From assembly GCA_963843975.1 (NCBI GenBank), contig CAWJMG010000003.1, positions 690,001 through 722,000 of the forward strand: a DNA stretch of 32,000 bases. The letters are read 5' to 3'. Source of the DNA: an uncultured Actinomycetes bacterium (GTDB lineage: Bacteria > Actinomycetota > Actinomycetes > S36-B12 > CAIYMF01). A model generated the notes under the pieces. The model saw only the letters and a program-made list of their open reading frames with translations, searched no databases and was not told the DNA's origin. Positions within the stretch are counted from its first letter, which is position 1, and each line of letters begins with the position of its first letter. Shown one piece after another: positions 8,795-20,869 of the stretch. The translations under genes and the position numbers were made by a program.

Positions 8795-9792
8795 GCGTCG
8801 TCTCCGTCCAGGGTCGGGTCGAGCACGACCTTCCCGGTGGTGCGTCGGGCCCGGAGGTCCTCGTGGGCCTGCCGGGCGTGGGACAGAGCGTAGGTGTGAC
8901 CGGCGAGCGGCCGCAGGCGCTTGTCGGCCACCATCGCGACCAGCTCGCGCAAGGGCTCGACGACCATCGCCTGGGCGTGCTTGGGGCGCATCGCGTCCAC
9001 CAGCCAGAAGCCGATGATCGAGTGCGAGCCGACCAGCAGGTTGCCGGGCGACACGGGGTGCGGAGCCTTCCGGCCCGCCATGCCGAACGTCACGAGCCGG
9101 CCGAACGGCGCCAGCGCCAGGAGGCTGCCGTCGAAGGTGGTGCCGCCGACCATCTCGAACACGACGTCGACCTTCTTGCCGCCGTTGGCGGAGATCAGGA
9201 GGTGCTCGATGTCCTGCGCGGAGGCGTCCGGGTGACCGACGACGCCGACGTCGGCGCCGAGGTCGAGCGCGAGGTCGATCTTGTCCTGCGAGGACGCCGT
9301 GGCGATGACGCGACCGGCTCCCGCCTGCTTGGCCAGCTGGACGGCGAGGTTGCCGACGCCGCCGGCCGCGGCGTGCACGACGACGCTGTCGCCGGGCTGG
9401 ACGCGCGCGCAGGTCTTGACGAGGTGCCAGGCGGTGAGCCCCTGCACGAGCAGGCTGAGGGCCGCGGCGTCGCTGACGCCGTCCGGCACGTCGAAGGCGA
9501 GGCCGGCGTTGACGACCGCCTTCTCCGCGTAGCCGCCGCCGTGCGCCACGAAACCGCACACGCGGCGCGGGAAGCCGTCCGGGTCGACGACGCCGACGAC
9601 CTCGGAGCCCGGCACGAACGGCAGGTCGCTGCCGGACAGGTAGGTGTTCTCGACCTGGTGGGTGTCGGCGTAGTTGACGCCGGCGCCCGTGACGTGGACG
9701 AGCAGCTCGCCCGGGCCGGGATGGGGGTCGACGAGCACGACGGGCTCGAGGACCTCGGGGCCGCCGAAGGTGCGCACCTGGATCGCTCTCAT
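8791..9792 (-). CDS. NADPH:quinone oxidoreductase / zeta-crystallin type medium-chain dehydrogenase
   Basis: MRAIQVRTFGGPEVL..., GAGVNYADT, and nucleotide-binding motif HAAAGGVGNLAVQLAK. Confidence 0.9.
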   Translation of the reverse strand: MRAIQVRTFGGPEVLEPVVLVDPHPGPGELLVHVTGAGVNYADTHQVENTYLSGSDLPFVPGSEVVGVVDPDGFPRRVCGFVAHGGGYAEKAVVNAGLAFDVPDGVSDAAALSLLVQGLTAWHLVKTCARVQPGDSVVVHAAAGGVGNLAVQLAKQAGAGRVIATASSQDKIDLALDLGADVGVVGHPDASAQDIEHLLISANGGKKVDVVFEMVGGTTFDGSLLALAPFGRLVTFGMAGRKAPHPVSPGNLLVGSHSIIGFWLVDAMRPKHAQAMVVEPLRELVAMVADKRLRPLAGHTYALSHARQAHEDLRARRTTGKVVLDPTLDGDDA

Positions 9793-9916
9793 GCCTCCGA
9801 CCCTAGACCGGCCCGACCGGCGATGCGGTTCCTCCGTACCCCTCGGTAACCGCTAGTTTCACCGGAGGCGTCCGCGACCAGCGGGAGCCGGTCGGACGGA
9901 CGGATCGGAGTCCCGC

Positions 9917-10636
9917 GTGAGCCGCGTCGTGCTGGTGACCGGAGGCAACCGGGGCATCGGCCTCGCCATCGCGCAGGCCTTCGTGGCGCTCGGCGACAAG
10001 GTCGCGATCACGGCCCGGAACGGCCAGCTCCCGACCGAGCTCGAGGGCACCGACGTCCTGGTCGTGCAGGCCGACGTCACCGACACCGCGAGCATCGACG
10101 CCGCCTTCGACCGCATCGAGGCCGAGCTCGGCCCGGTGGAGGTCGTCATCGCCAACGCCGGCGTCACCCGCGACGGGCTCATCATGCGGATGAGCGACGA
10201 CGACGTGAACGCCGTCATCGACACCAACCTCGTCGGCTCGCTGCGGGTCGCCCGTCGCGCCGCCAAGGGCATGGTCCGGCTGCGCCGCGGCCGCATCGTC
10301 TTCGTGTCCAGCGTGGTCGGCCTCCTCGGCTCGGCCGGCCAGGCCAACTACGCCGCGTCCAAGGCCGGCCTCGTCGGCCTCGCCCGCTCGCTGGCCCGTG
10401 AGCTCGGCAGCCGCGGCATCACGGCCAACGTCGTCGCCCCCGGCTTCGTCGACACCGAGATGACGGCCGTGCTCGGCGAGGACCGCAAGAAGGAGATCCT
10501 CGGCTCCGTCCCGCTGGGCCGCTACGCCTCCACCGACGAGATCGCCGGCGTCGTCACGTTCCTCGCCGGCGACGCCGCCGGCTACATCACCGGTGCCGTC
10601 GTCCCCGTGGACGGCGGACTGGGCATGGGCCACTGA
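9917..10636 (+). CDS. fabG: 3-oxoacyl-ACP reductase (MabA/FabG1-like)
   Basis: VLVTGGNRGIG, NAG, YAASKAG (YxxxK). It lies immediately upstream of an InhA-type enoyl reductase, as in the mycobacterial mabA-inhA operon. Confidence 0.9.
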   Translation: MSRVVLVTGGNRGIGLAIAQAFVALGDKVAITARNGQLPTELEGTDVLVVQADVTDTASIDAAFDRIEAELGPVEVVIANAGVTRDGLIMRMSDDDVNAVIDTNLVGSLRVARRAAKGMVRLRRGRIVFVSSVVGLLGSAGQANYAASKAGLVGLARSLARELGSRGITANVVAPGFVDTEMTAVLGEDRKKEILGSVPLGRYASTDEIAGVVTFLAGDAAGYITGAVVPVDGGLGMGH

Positions 10637-10662
10637 GCACCGACCGAGCAGAAGGACCGTTC

Positions 10663-11442
10663 ATGGGAATTCTCGAGGGCAAGCGCCTGCTGATCACCGG
10701 CGTCCTCACCGACCAGTCGATCGCGTTCCACGTGGCGAAGCTGGCCCAGCAGGAGGGCGCGACCATCGTCCTGTCGTCGTTCGGCCGCGCGATGTCGATC
10801 ACGACGCGCATCGCCAAGCGACTCCCGGCCGAGGCACCGGTCATCGAGCTCGACGTCACCGACCCCGAGCAGCTCGCCGGCCTGGCCGACGTCCTGCGCC
10901 AGCACGTCGACGGGCTCGACGGCGTCCTGCACTCGATCGGCTTCGCGCCCGAGGCCGCGCTCGGTGGCAACTTCCTCAACACCGAGTGGGCCGACGTCGC
11001 GACCGCCGTGCACGTGTCGGCGTTCTCGCTCAAGTCTCTCGCCGTCGCCTGCCTGCCGCTGATGGTGGGGGAGGGTCGCACATCCTCGGTGGTCGGCCTC
11101 GACTTCGACGCTCAGGTGGCGTGGCCGAAGTACGACTGGATGGGTGTCGCCAAGGCGGCGTTCGAGTCGACCTCCCGCTACCTGGCCCGTGACCTCGGCC
11201 CGCAGGGCGTCCGCGTCAACCTCGTGGCTGCCGGCCCGATCAAGACCACCGCAGCCAAGTCGATCCCCGGGTTCGACGAGTTCGACGGCGTCTGGGGCGG
11301 CTCGCGCGCCCCGATCGGCTGGGACATGAGCGACCCCGAGCCTGCCGCGCGCGCCTGCGTCGCGCTGCTGTCCGACTGGTTCCCCAAGACGACGGCGGAG
11401 ATCATCCACGTCGACGGCGGCGTGCACGCGATGGGCGCCTGA
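10663..11442 (+). CDS. inhA: NADH-dependent enoyl-ACP reductase (InhA/FabI)
   Basis: MGILEGKRLLITGV.TDQSIAFHVAK..., YDWMGVAKAAFES (Y..M..K), RVNLVAAGPIKT, and C-terminal LLSDWFPKTTAEIIHVDGG closely resembles InhA. Confidence 0.9.
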   Translation: MGILEGKRLLITGVLTDQSIAFHVAKLAQQEGATIVLSSFGRAMSITTRIAKRLPAEAPVIELDVTDPEQLAGLADVLRQHVDGLDGVLHSIGFAPEAALGGNFLNTEWADVATAVHVSAFSLKSLAVACLPLMVGEGRTSSVVGLDFDAQVAWPKYDWMGVAKAAFESTSRYLARDLGPQGVRVNLVAAGPIKTTAAKSIPGFDEFDGVWGGSRAPIGWDMSDPEPAARACVALLSDWFPKTTAEIIHVDGGVHAMGA

Positions 11443-11519
11443 CCCCTCCTTCGAAGGCGCCCACCCGGACGCCGCCTGTCGCCGCGAGTCCGGGTACGTC
11501 GCTGCGGCATGCTGGCACC

Positions 11520-12559
11520 GTGGTGAGAGGCCAGCGGAAGTACGACCGCGTCGTGGCGCGGCCGTACCGCTATCACTCCGCCAACGCCCGCCGCCTCACG
11601 GTGGCTCTGTCGGCGGTGGTCGTGGTGATCGTCGTCGGGTCGATGGGCTACGTCGCCCTCGGCATCGACGCGCTCGACGCGCTGTACCAGACCGTCACGA
11701 CCGTGACGACGATCGGCTTCCGCGAGGTCGTCCCGTTCGACAACGGCCTCAAGATCTACACGATGATCGTCGCCCTCGCCGGCGTCGGCACCGTGCTCTA
11801 CGCACTCACGCTCACCCTCGAGCTCGTCCTCGAGGGACAGCTCGGCAACCTGTGGGGACGGCGACGCATGCAACGCGACATCGACAAGCTCGAGGGCCAC
11901 GCCATCGTGTGCGGCTTCGGCAGGGTCGGCCGGGCGGCGGCCGAGCAGCTCGCAGCCTCCGGCGTCGATGTGGTCGTCGTCGACCAGAGCGAGGCCCGGC
12001 TCGAGTCCTGCCCGCTGCCGCACGTGATCGGCGACGCGACCGACGACGACGTGCTGCGTGCCGCCGGGATCCGTACGGCTAAGACGCTCGTCGCATCGCT
12101 CGACGACGACCCCGGCTCGGTGTTCGTGGTCCTCACCGCCCGGAGCGTCAACCCCGACCTCTTCGTGATCGCGCGCTCGCGCACCGACGACGCCGAGGCG
12201 AAGTTCCTGCGAGCCGGCGCCGACCGAGTCGTGAACCCGCAGCGCATCGGGGGCAACAGGATCGCGGCATTCGCCGACTCGCCCGACGTCGTCGACTTCC
12301 TCGACGTCGTGATGCACGAGGGCCGGCACGAGTTCCGACTGTCCGACATCGAGGTGCACGCGGGCTCGCCGCTGGTGGGCTCGTCGATCGCGGACACCCG
12401 GGCGGAGGAGGGCGGCAGCGCCATCCTGCTGGCGCTACGCAGCCAGGGCCGTTTCGTCACCAACCCCGACCCGAGCCGCGCGCTCACGGTCGGCGACGTG
12501 CTCATCGTCGTCGGCACAGCGGATCAGGTCGACCGCCTGCACGAGCGGGCGCACGCCCA

Positions 12560-12563
<4 letters not shown>
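11520..12563 (+). CDS. Two-TM pore-loop cation channel fused to RCK (TrkA-N/TrkA-C) domains, with an atypical filter
   Basis: TM1, pore helix plus TVTTIGFRE, TM2, then GHAIVCGFGRVGR (Rossmann GxGxxG) and a C-terminal TrkA-C-like segment. The start (GTG 11520) is uncertain. Confidence 0.8.
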
Positions 12564-14343
<1,780 letters not shown>

Positions 14344-14356
14344 CTCGGCGCCGAGC

Positions 14357-15169
14357 CTAGCGACCGGAGCGCCACGCCTTCGGTGCAGGCTCCGGCTCCG
14401 CCTCGGCCGAGCAGGCGGCGCAGAGGGCGTGACGCGCGGCAGCGCGCAGAGGGCGAAGAGTCTCGGCCCGGGCGTTCATCTCGGCCGCCGTGACGGCCGC
14501 GCCGTCGGTGCCGAGGGCCACGTCGAGGATGCCGAGAAGCCGCGCCGCCTGCACGACCGAGCGCTGCGCCCGGGCGGGCAGCGAGGGCGGCAGGTCGATG
14601 CGCGACACGGCCCGCTCGACGCCCGCCAGGCGCCCGGCGACGTCGTCCCGGCCGCGGGCGAGGTCGAGGGAGGCGAGCGTGCTCGTGGTCTCGCGCAGGG
14701 CGTCGGCGAGCGCGCGCTCGGCCTCCGACAGCGTCGGCAGCCCGTGCGGATGGACCGAGTACGGCACCTCGCGCACGTCCCAACGGACCACCGCACCCGA
14801 GTCGCTCGGGGCCGACGTGGGGAGCAGCGCCCAGTGCTGCGTGCCGGGCCCGGACACCGTCATCACGACCTCGCCCGCAGCGGTGGCATCGGCCGTCACG
14901 TCAGGTGGCCCCGGCATCCCCAGCGGGTCGCCCGGCTCGGGCAGCACCACCCGCAGCGCCGTCACACCTGCGCCCCGGAGGCGGCCGAAGGCCAGCGCGA
15001 GCGAGACGGCGTCGTCCTCGCCCGGCGCGCCCACCACGCGGTGCAGAGCGTCGACGCCGACCGCGTGCACGGAGGCGTCCTCGACGGTCGTCGCACCCGA
15101 CAGGCACGCGTTGCCCCACAGGGTCACGAGGGCGGCGCGGGGGAGCGCGGCACGTCGGTCCGAGGGCAC
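14357..15169 (-). CDS. Hypothetical protein (no family recognised), directly upstream of serB on the same strand
   Basis: 270-aa ORF with GC-rich third positions and a plausible amino-acid composition. It sits 13 nt upstream of the serB start. GTG start at 15169. Confidence 0.5.
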   Translation of the reverse strand: MPSDRRAALPRAALVTLWGNACLSGATTVEDASVHAVGVDALHRVVGAPGEDDAVSLALAFGRLRGAGVTALRVVLPEPGDPLGMPGPPDVTADATAAGEVVMTVSGPGTQHWALLPTSAPSDSGAVVRWDVREVPYSVHPHGLPTLSEAERALADALRETTSTLASLDLARGRDDVAGRLAGVERAVSRIDLPPSLPARAQRSVVQAARLLGILDVALGTDGAAVTAAEMNARAETLRPLRAAARHALCAACSAEAEPEPAPKAWRSGR

Positions 15170-15213
15170 CCCGCAACCCTAGGACGACGCCGGCGACCCG
15201 TAGGGTTCGGGAC

Positions 15214-15997
<784 letters not shown>

Positions 15998-16070
15998 GCG
16001 CATCCGCCGTACGGCCGGTCTGCGGTGAATCTCCGAGGCCCCGGGGCGGGTCGCACCTAGGATCAGGGAC

Positions 16071-16493
16071 ATGGACCCATGGGTGTGGTGGCTGATCGCG
16101 ACGGGACTGCTCCTGGTCGGTGAGATGCTCACGACCACGCTGGTGCTCGCGATGATCTCCGGCGGTACCGCTGCCTCGACCGTTGCGGCCCTCGCCGGTG
16201 CAGGCGTGCCGCTGCAGTTCGGGGTGTTCGCCGTCGTGGCGCTCGGCCTGCTGTTCGTCGTACGCCCGATCGCGCGCAAGCACCGCAAGCAGCCCCCGGC
16301 CATCCGCACCGGTGTCGACGCGCTCGTGGGCGCGGACGCCGAGGTGGTCGAGATGGTCACCGCACGGGACGGCCGCGTGAAGATCGGCGGCGAGACCTGG
16401 TCGGCGCGCACGGTCGACTCCGACCGGAGCATCGAGGCCGGGGAGATGGTGCGGGTCATCCGCATCGACGGCGCCACAGCGCTCGTCGACTAG
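16071..16493 (+). CDS. NfeD family membrane protein
   Basis: 140 aa with three N-terminal TM helices and a C-terminal OB-fold-like segment (G..A.V......G.VKIGGE.W.A). It lies directly upstream of an SPFH gene, the classic NfeD-SPFH pairing. Confidence 0.85.
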   Translation: MDPWVWWLIATGLLLVGEMLTTTLVLAMISGGTAASTVAALAGAGVPLQFGVFAVVALGLLFVVRPIARKHRKQPPAIRTGVDALVGADAEVVEMVTARDGRVKIGGETWSARTVDSDRSIEAGEMVRVIRIDGATALVD

Positions 16494-16569
16494 AGGACTG
16501 CCGCCGGCCGGAACCCCGGCACGGCGGACGAGGCGCGGCGTACCCGCCGCGTGAAGGAAGGACGGGGTC

Positions 16570-17478
16570 GTGGACACCGGAAACATCGTCGTCGTGATCA
16601 TCGCAGCAGTGCTCGTGCTGTTCGTGATCGTCACGCTCGCCAAGGCCGTACGCATCGTGCCCCAGGCACGCGCCGGCATCGTCGAGCGGCTCGGCCGCTA
16701 CAGCCGCACCCTCAGCCCCGGGCTCTCGCTCCTGGTCCCGTACATCGACGCGCTGAAGCCGCTGGTCGACATGCGCGAGCAGGTCGTGTCCTTCCCGCCG
16801 TCGTCGGTGATCACGCAGGACAACCTCGTCGTCAACATCGACTCGGTCATCTACTTCCAGGTCACCGACCCGAAGGCCGCGATGTACGAGATCGCGAGCC
16901 CCATCACGGGTATCGAGCAGCTGACCGTCACGACGCTGCGCAACGTCATCGGCGGCATGGACCTCGAGCAGACGCTCACCTCGCGCGAGTCGATCAACGA
17001 CGCTCTGCGCGGCGTGCTCGACGAGGCCACCGGCAAGTGGGGCATCCGCGTCAACCGCGTCGAGCTCAAGGCCATCGACCCGCCCGCCAGCGTGCAGGAG
17101 TCGATGGAGAAGCAGATGCGGGCCGAGCGCGAGAAGCGCGCCTCGATCCTCACCGCCGAGGGCTTCAAGCAGTCGCAGATCCTCACGGCCGAGGGCGAGA
17201 AGCAGTCCGCGATCCTGCGCGCCGAGGGTGACGCGCAGTCGCAGATCCTCCGCGCCGAGGGCGAGGCCCAGGCCATCCAGAAGGTCTTCGACGCCATCCA
17301 CGCCGGCGACGCCGACGAGAAGGTGCTGGCCTACCAGTACCTCCAGGCGCTCCCGTCGATCGCCAACGGCACGGCCAACAAGGTGTGGGTCCTGCCCGCG
17401 GAGCTCTCGCAGGCCATGCACAACCTCGGCACCGCGTTCACCAAGGGCGGCGCCTCCGGCTCCGGCGAGAACGGCTGA
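16570..17478 (+). CDS. SPFH/band-7 (stomatin/QmcA-like) protein
   Basis: N-terminal TM, IVPQARAGIVERLGRY, DNLVVNIDSVIYFQV, and a C-terminal coiled-coil with AEG repeats. Confidence 0.9.
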   Translation: MDTGNIVVVIIAAVLVLFVIVTLAKAVRIVPQARAGIVERLGRYSRTLSPGLSLLVPYIDALKPLVDMREQVVSFPPSSVITQDNLVVNIDSVIYFQVTDPKAAMYEIASPITGIEQLTVTTLRNVIGGMDLEQTLTSRESINDALRGVLDEATGKWGIRVNRVELKAIDPPASVQESMEKQMRAEREKRASILTAEGFKQSQILTAEGEKQSAILRAEGDAQSQILRAEGEAQAIQKVFDAIHAGDADEKVLAYQYLQALPSIANGTANKVWVLPAELSQAMHNLGTAFTKGGASGSGENG

Positions 17479-17488
17479 CCGTCCGCGG

Positions 17489-18238
17489 ATGAACCTCCTG
17501 CTCCTGGCAGGCGCGGGTGTCGTCGCAGGAGCGGTGAACGCCGCGGTCGGCAGCGGCACGCTGCTGACCTACCCGCTGCTGCTGGCGTCCGGCCTGCCGC
17601 CCGTCGTCGCCAACGGCACGAACAGCGCCGGACTGGCGCCCGGCAACCTGTTCGGGGCGTGGGGCTACCGGCGCGAGATGGCCGGGCGTCGACGCGAGGT
17701 CGTGCCGCTCGCGGCGTCCGTCGGCGTCGGCGCGCTCCTCGGAGCGCTGCTCGTCGTCGCACTGCCCGCGAGCGTGTTCGAGCGCGTGGTGCCGTGGTTC
17801 ATCCTGCTGGCGTGCCTGCTCGTGGTGGTCGGCCCGCGTTTCACCTCGCTGCTCAAGGCCCGCGGAGTCGACCCCACCACGCTGCCGCGGCACGTCCTGC
17901 TCCCGCTCCTGTTCGTCGTCGGCCTGTACGCCGGCTACTTCGGCGCGGCGCAGGGCGTGATCATCGTGGCCGCGCTGACGGTGTTGTTCGACGTCGACGT
18001 GCAGCGCTCGAACGCCGTGAAGAACGTGCTTCAGGGCGTGTCCAACGGTGTGGCCGCGGTGGTGTTCGCGATCGCGGGCGTCGTCGCGTGGGCGCCTGCG
18101 CTCGCCCTCGCTGTGGGCGCGTCGGTCGGGGGTGCGGTCGGTGCTCCGGTCGCGAGGCGGCTGCCGGCCGCGGTGCTGCGCGGGCTCATCGTGGTGGTCG
18201 GCATCGTCGCGGCGGCTGTCAGCTTCGCGAGGATGTGA
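17489..18238 (+). CDS. TauE/SafE family sulfite/anion exporter
   Basis: 249 aa from ATG 17489, polytopic. Contains AGAVNAAVGSGTLLTYPLLL and the repeated half YAGYFGAAQGVI typical of TauE. Confidence 0.8.
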   Translation: MNLLLLAGAGVVAGAVNAAVGSGTLLTYPLLLASGLPPVVANGTNSAGLAPGNLFGAWGYRREMAGRRREVVPLAASVGVGALLGALLVVALPASVFERVVPWFILLACLLVVVGPRFTSLLKARGVDPTTLPRHVLLPLLFVVGLYAGYFGAAQGVIIVAALTVLFDVDVQRSNAVKNVLQGVSNGVAAVVFAIAGVVAWAPALALAVGASVGGAVGAPVARRLPAAVLRGLIVVVGIVAAAVSFARM

Positions 18239-18239
18239 C

Positions 18240-19040
18240 ATGGCCAGGCTCCTCGAGGTGAGCGACCCGCGCGACCCGCGCCTGCGCGACTACACCGATC
18301 TCACCGACGTCTCGCTGCGCCGCATCCGCGAGCCGGAGGAGGGCCTCTTCCTCGCCGAGGGGGAGAAGGTGGTGCGCCGCGCGCTGGCCGCCGGCTACGA
18401 GCCACGATCGCTCCTCATGGCGGCCAAGTGGTGGGACGGCCTGCGCGACGTCGTCGAGCCGCACGACTGCGACGTCTACCTCGCAGACGACTCGCTGCTC
18501 GAAGGCGTCACCGGCTACCGCGTCCACCGCGGCGCGCTCGCGTCGATGCAGCGCACGCCGCTGCCGTCGCTGGACGACGTCCTCGCTGCTGCGCGTCGCG
18601 TCGTCGTCCTCGAGGACCTCGTGGACCACACCAACGTCGGCGCCGTGTTCCGGAACGCCGCCGCCCTCGGGATGGACGCCGTGCTCGTCAGCCCGGAGTG
18701 CGCCGACCCGCTCTACCGGCGCAGCGTGAAGGTGTCGATGGGCTCGGTCTTCGCCGTGCCGTGGACCCGGGCCGAGCCGTGGCCGGAAGCGCTGCGCTCG
18801 TTGGCCGATCGCGGCTTCGCGACGTACGCCCTCTCACCCGACCCGGCTGGCTCCGATCTTCGCGCGCTGGCGATCCCCGATCGCGTCGCGGTGGTGCTGG
18901 GCACCGAGGGGGAGGGGCTCACCGACGCTGCCCTCGCGGCCTGCACCCACCGCGTCCGCATCCCTATGGCTGCTGGTGTCGACAGCCTCAACGTCGCGGC
19001 GGCGAGCGCGGTCACGTTCTACGCGCTCGGTCAGGCGTAG
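18240..19040 (+). CDS. TrmH/SpoU family RNA 2'-O-methyltransferase
   Basis: 266 aa from ATG 18240. SpoU motifs NVGAVFRNAAALG, VLGTEGEGL and IPMAAGVDSLNVAAASAV. Confidence 0.85.
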   Translation: MARLLEVSDPRDPRLRDYTDLTDVSLRRIREPEEGLFLAEGEKVVRRALAAGYEPRSLLMAAKWWDGLRDVVEPHDCDVYLADDSLLEGVTGYRVHRGALASMQRTPLPSLDDVLAAARRVVVLEDLVDHTNVGAVFRNAAALGMDAVLVSPECADPLYRRSVKVSMGSVFAVPWTRAEPWPEALRSLADRGFATYALSPDPAGSDLRALAIPDRVAVVLGTEGEGLTDAALAACTHRVRIPMAAGVDSLNVAAASAVTFYALGQA

Positions 19041-20263
19041 CGCCCGGCGTCCTCGCTCGACGCACCCGTGCGCACGACCTCCTCGTAGCAGTCGACGAAG
19101 TCAGGCAGGAGCTGGTCGAGCACGCCCGCGTGGGCGGGGGAGACCATCACGTGCAGACCCGGCTCGCCACCGTTGGTGCCCGTGAGCCGGTTGAGGAACC
19201 AGCCCCGGCCCTCCATGAGGTCGGCGACGGCGAACAGCGAGACGTCCGGCCGCTCCGAGCGCCACGACAGCACCGTGCCCACCGGCGAGCCGTTGACGAC
19301 GACACCGTCGCACGACTCGAAGCCGCCGCGGATCCGGCTGCCGGTCTCGAGCATCGAGGCGACCATCCGCTCGAAGCCGGAGCGACCGAGGTGCTGCAGC
19401 ACCGCCCACGCCGCGATGACGGGTGCGGCCGACTTGGCGCCGGCGACAGCGGGCGAGCCGTACAGCCCGGCGGGCCACTGGTCGTAGACGAACCACTGGT
19501 GCTGGGCCCAGTCGCCGTCGCGGTGCAGCACCACCGAGCAGCCCTTCGGCACGAAGCCGTACTTGTGCAGATCGACCGACATGCTCGTGACACCCGGGAC
19601 GTCGAACGTCCACGGCGCCACCGGCGCGGCCAGGAACGCCAGCACCATGCCGCCGACGCACGCGTCGACGTGGCAGCCCGCGCCTGCGTCGGCCGCGATC
19701 GCGGCGACGGCGGCGACGTCGTCCATCACCCCGTGCGGGTAGGAGAAGGCGGAGGCCACGACGAGGGCCGCGCGCTCGTCGACCAGGCCGCGCAGCGCGT
19801 CGAGATCCACGGTGAGGGTCGCCGGGTCGAGCGGCGCCTGCCGGTAGTCGAGATCGAGGAAGTGCGCGGCCTTGGCGTACGCCGGGTGCGCGGACGCCGG
19901 CGCGATCACCACGGGACGCTCGACACCCCGCGCGCGGGCCCGCTGCCGGGCCACGAGGACCGCCATGAGGATCGACTCGGTGCCGCCGGACGTGGTGCTG
20001 CCACCGCCGCCTCCCGGGAGCGCGACGAGCCGCCCGACCTCGCGCACGACGTCCTCCGACAGCCGCGACTGCTCGGGGAAGCGGAAGGGGTTGAGCGCGT
20101 TGCTGTAGAGCAGCCGGTCGTGCACCGCATGGGTGAGTCGCTCGATCTCGGGGTCGCCGGTCGGGTACGTGAGCCCGAACAGATGGGCACCGTGCGGATC
20201 GGGGTCGCTGCCGCGCGCGGCGTCGAGCTCGGCCAGGACGTCGTCGACGGGCCTTCCCTGCAT
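19031..20263 (-). CDS. Group II pyridoxal-phosphate-dependent decarboxylase family protein
   Basis: 410 aa from ATG 20263. TSGGTESILMA and the PLP-lysine motif SVDLHKYG. Substrate is not assignable from sequence reading. Confidence 0.8.
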   Translation of the reverse strand: MQGRPVDDVLAELDAARGSDPDPHGAHLFGLTYPTGDPEIERLTHAVHDRLLYSNALNPFRFPEQSRLSEDVVREVGRLVALPGGGGGSTTSGGTESILMAVLVARQRARARGVERPVVIAPASAHPAYAKAAHFLDLDYRQAPLDPATLTVDLDALRGLVDERAALVVASAFSYPHGVMDDVAAVAAIAADAGAGCHVDACVGGMVLAFLAAPVAPWTFDVPGVTSMSVDLHKYGFVPKGCSVVLHRDGDWAQHQWFVYDQWPAGLYGSPAVAGAKSAAPVIAAWAVLQHLGRSGFERMVASMLETGSRIRGGFESCDGVVVNGSPVGTVLSWRSERPDVSLFAVADLMEGRGWFLNRLTGTNGGEPGLHVMVSPAHAGVLDQLLPDFVDCYEEVVRTGASSEDAGRYA

Positions 20264-20287
20264 CTCCACGGATGGCAGGCTACGGCC

Positions 20288-20869
20288 ATGGCCGCAACGA
20301 AGGGACGCATCGTCGTGCTCCGGCACGCCGAGACCGAGTGGAGCCGTGCGGGTCGGCACACGGGCCGCACCGACGTGCCCCTGACGCCGGAGGGCGAGGA
20401 GGCCGCGCGCTCGGCCTCGAGACGCCTCGCGGCCTATGCACCGTCGCTGGTCCTCGTGAGCCCGTTGCAGCGCGCACGACGCACCGCGGAGCTCGCGGGC
20501 CTGACCGCCGAGGTGGACGCCGACCTCCTCGAGTGGGACTACGGCACCTACGAGGGACGCACGACGCAGGGGATCAAGGACGATCTCGGAGACCAGGCGT
20601 GGAGCGTGTGGACGACCCTCGACGGGCTCGGCGAGACGGTCGAGGACGTCGGCGCGAGAGCTGCGCGCGTGCTGACGCGCTGCCAGCCCGTCGTGGAGGG
20701 CGGGGGAGACGTGCTGCTCGTGGCCCACGCGCACCTGCTGCGGATCCTCACCGCCGTCCACCTCGGGCTGCCCGCCACCGGCGGTCGGTCCTTCGTCCTG
20801 CCGCCCGCGGGGATCGGCGTGCTCGGCTGGGAGCGCAGCACCCGGGCGCTGCTCGGCTGGGGCCTCTAA
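20288..20869 (+). CDS. Histidine phosphatase (phosphoglycerate mutase-like) family protein
   Basis: 193 aa from ATG 20288. RIVVLRHAETEWS (RHG motif), SPLQRARRTAE, WDYG.YEG, LVAHAHLLR. Confidence 0.85.
   Translation: MAATKGRIVVLRHAETEWSRAGRHTGRTDVPLTPEGEEAARSASRRLAAYAPSLVLVSPLQRARRTAELAGLTAEVDADLLEWDYGTYEGRTTQGIKDDLGDQAWSVWTTLDGLGETVEDVGARAARVLTRCQPVVEGGGDVLLVAHAHLLRILTAVHLGLPATGGRSFVLPPAGIGVLGWERSTRALLGWGL

Noticed and set aside
11448-11457. Perfect 10-bp palindrome CCTTCGAAGG just after inhA, inside a weak GGGCGCC...GGCGCCC stem
   Set aside because: It is too short and has no loop, so it cannot be a hairpin terminator on its own. There is no second copy or obvious target gene, so it is probably chance or a weak terminator element.
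17146-17277. Four tandem 33-nt (11-aa) repeats, ILTAEGFKQSQ / ILTAEGEKQSA / ILRAEGDAQSQ / ILRAEGEAQAI
   Set aside because: They lie in frame inside the SPFH gene and correspond to the Ala/Glu-rich coiled-coil that this family normally carries. They are not an independent DNA repeat element.
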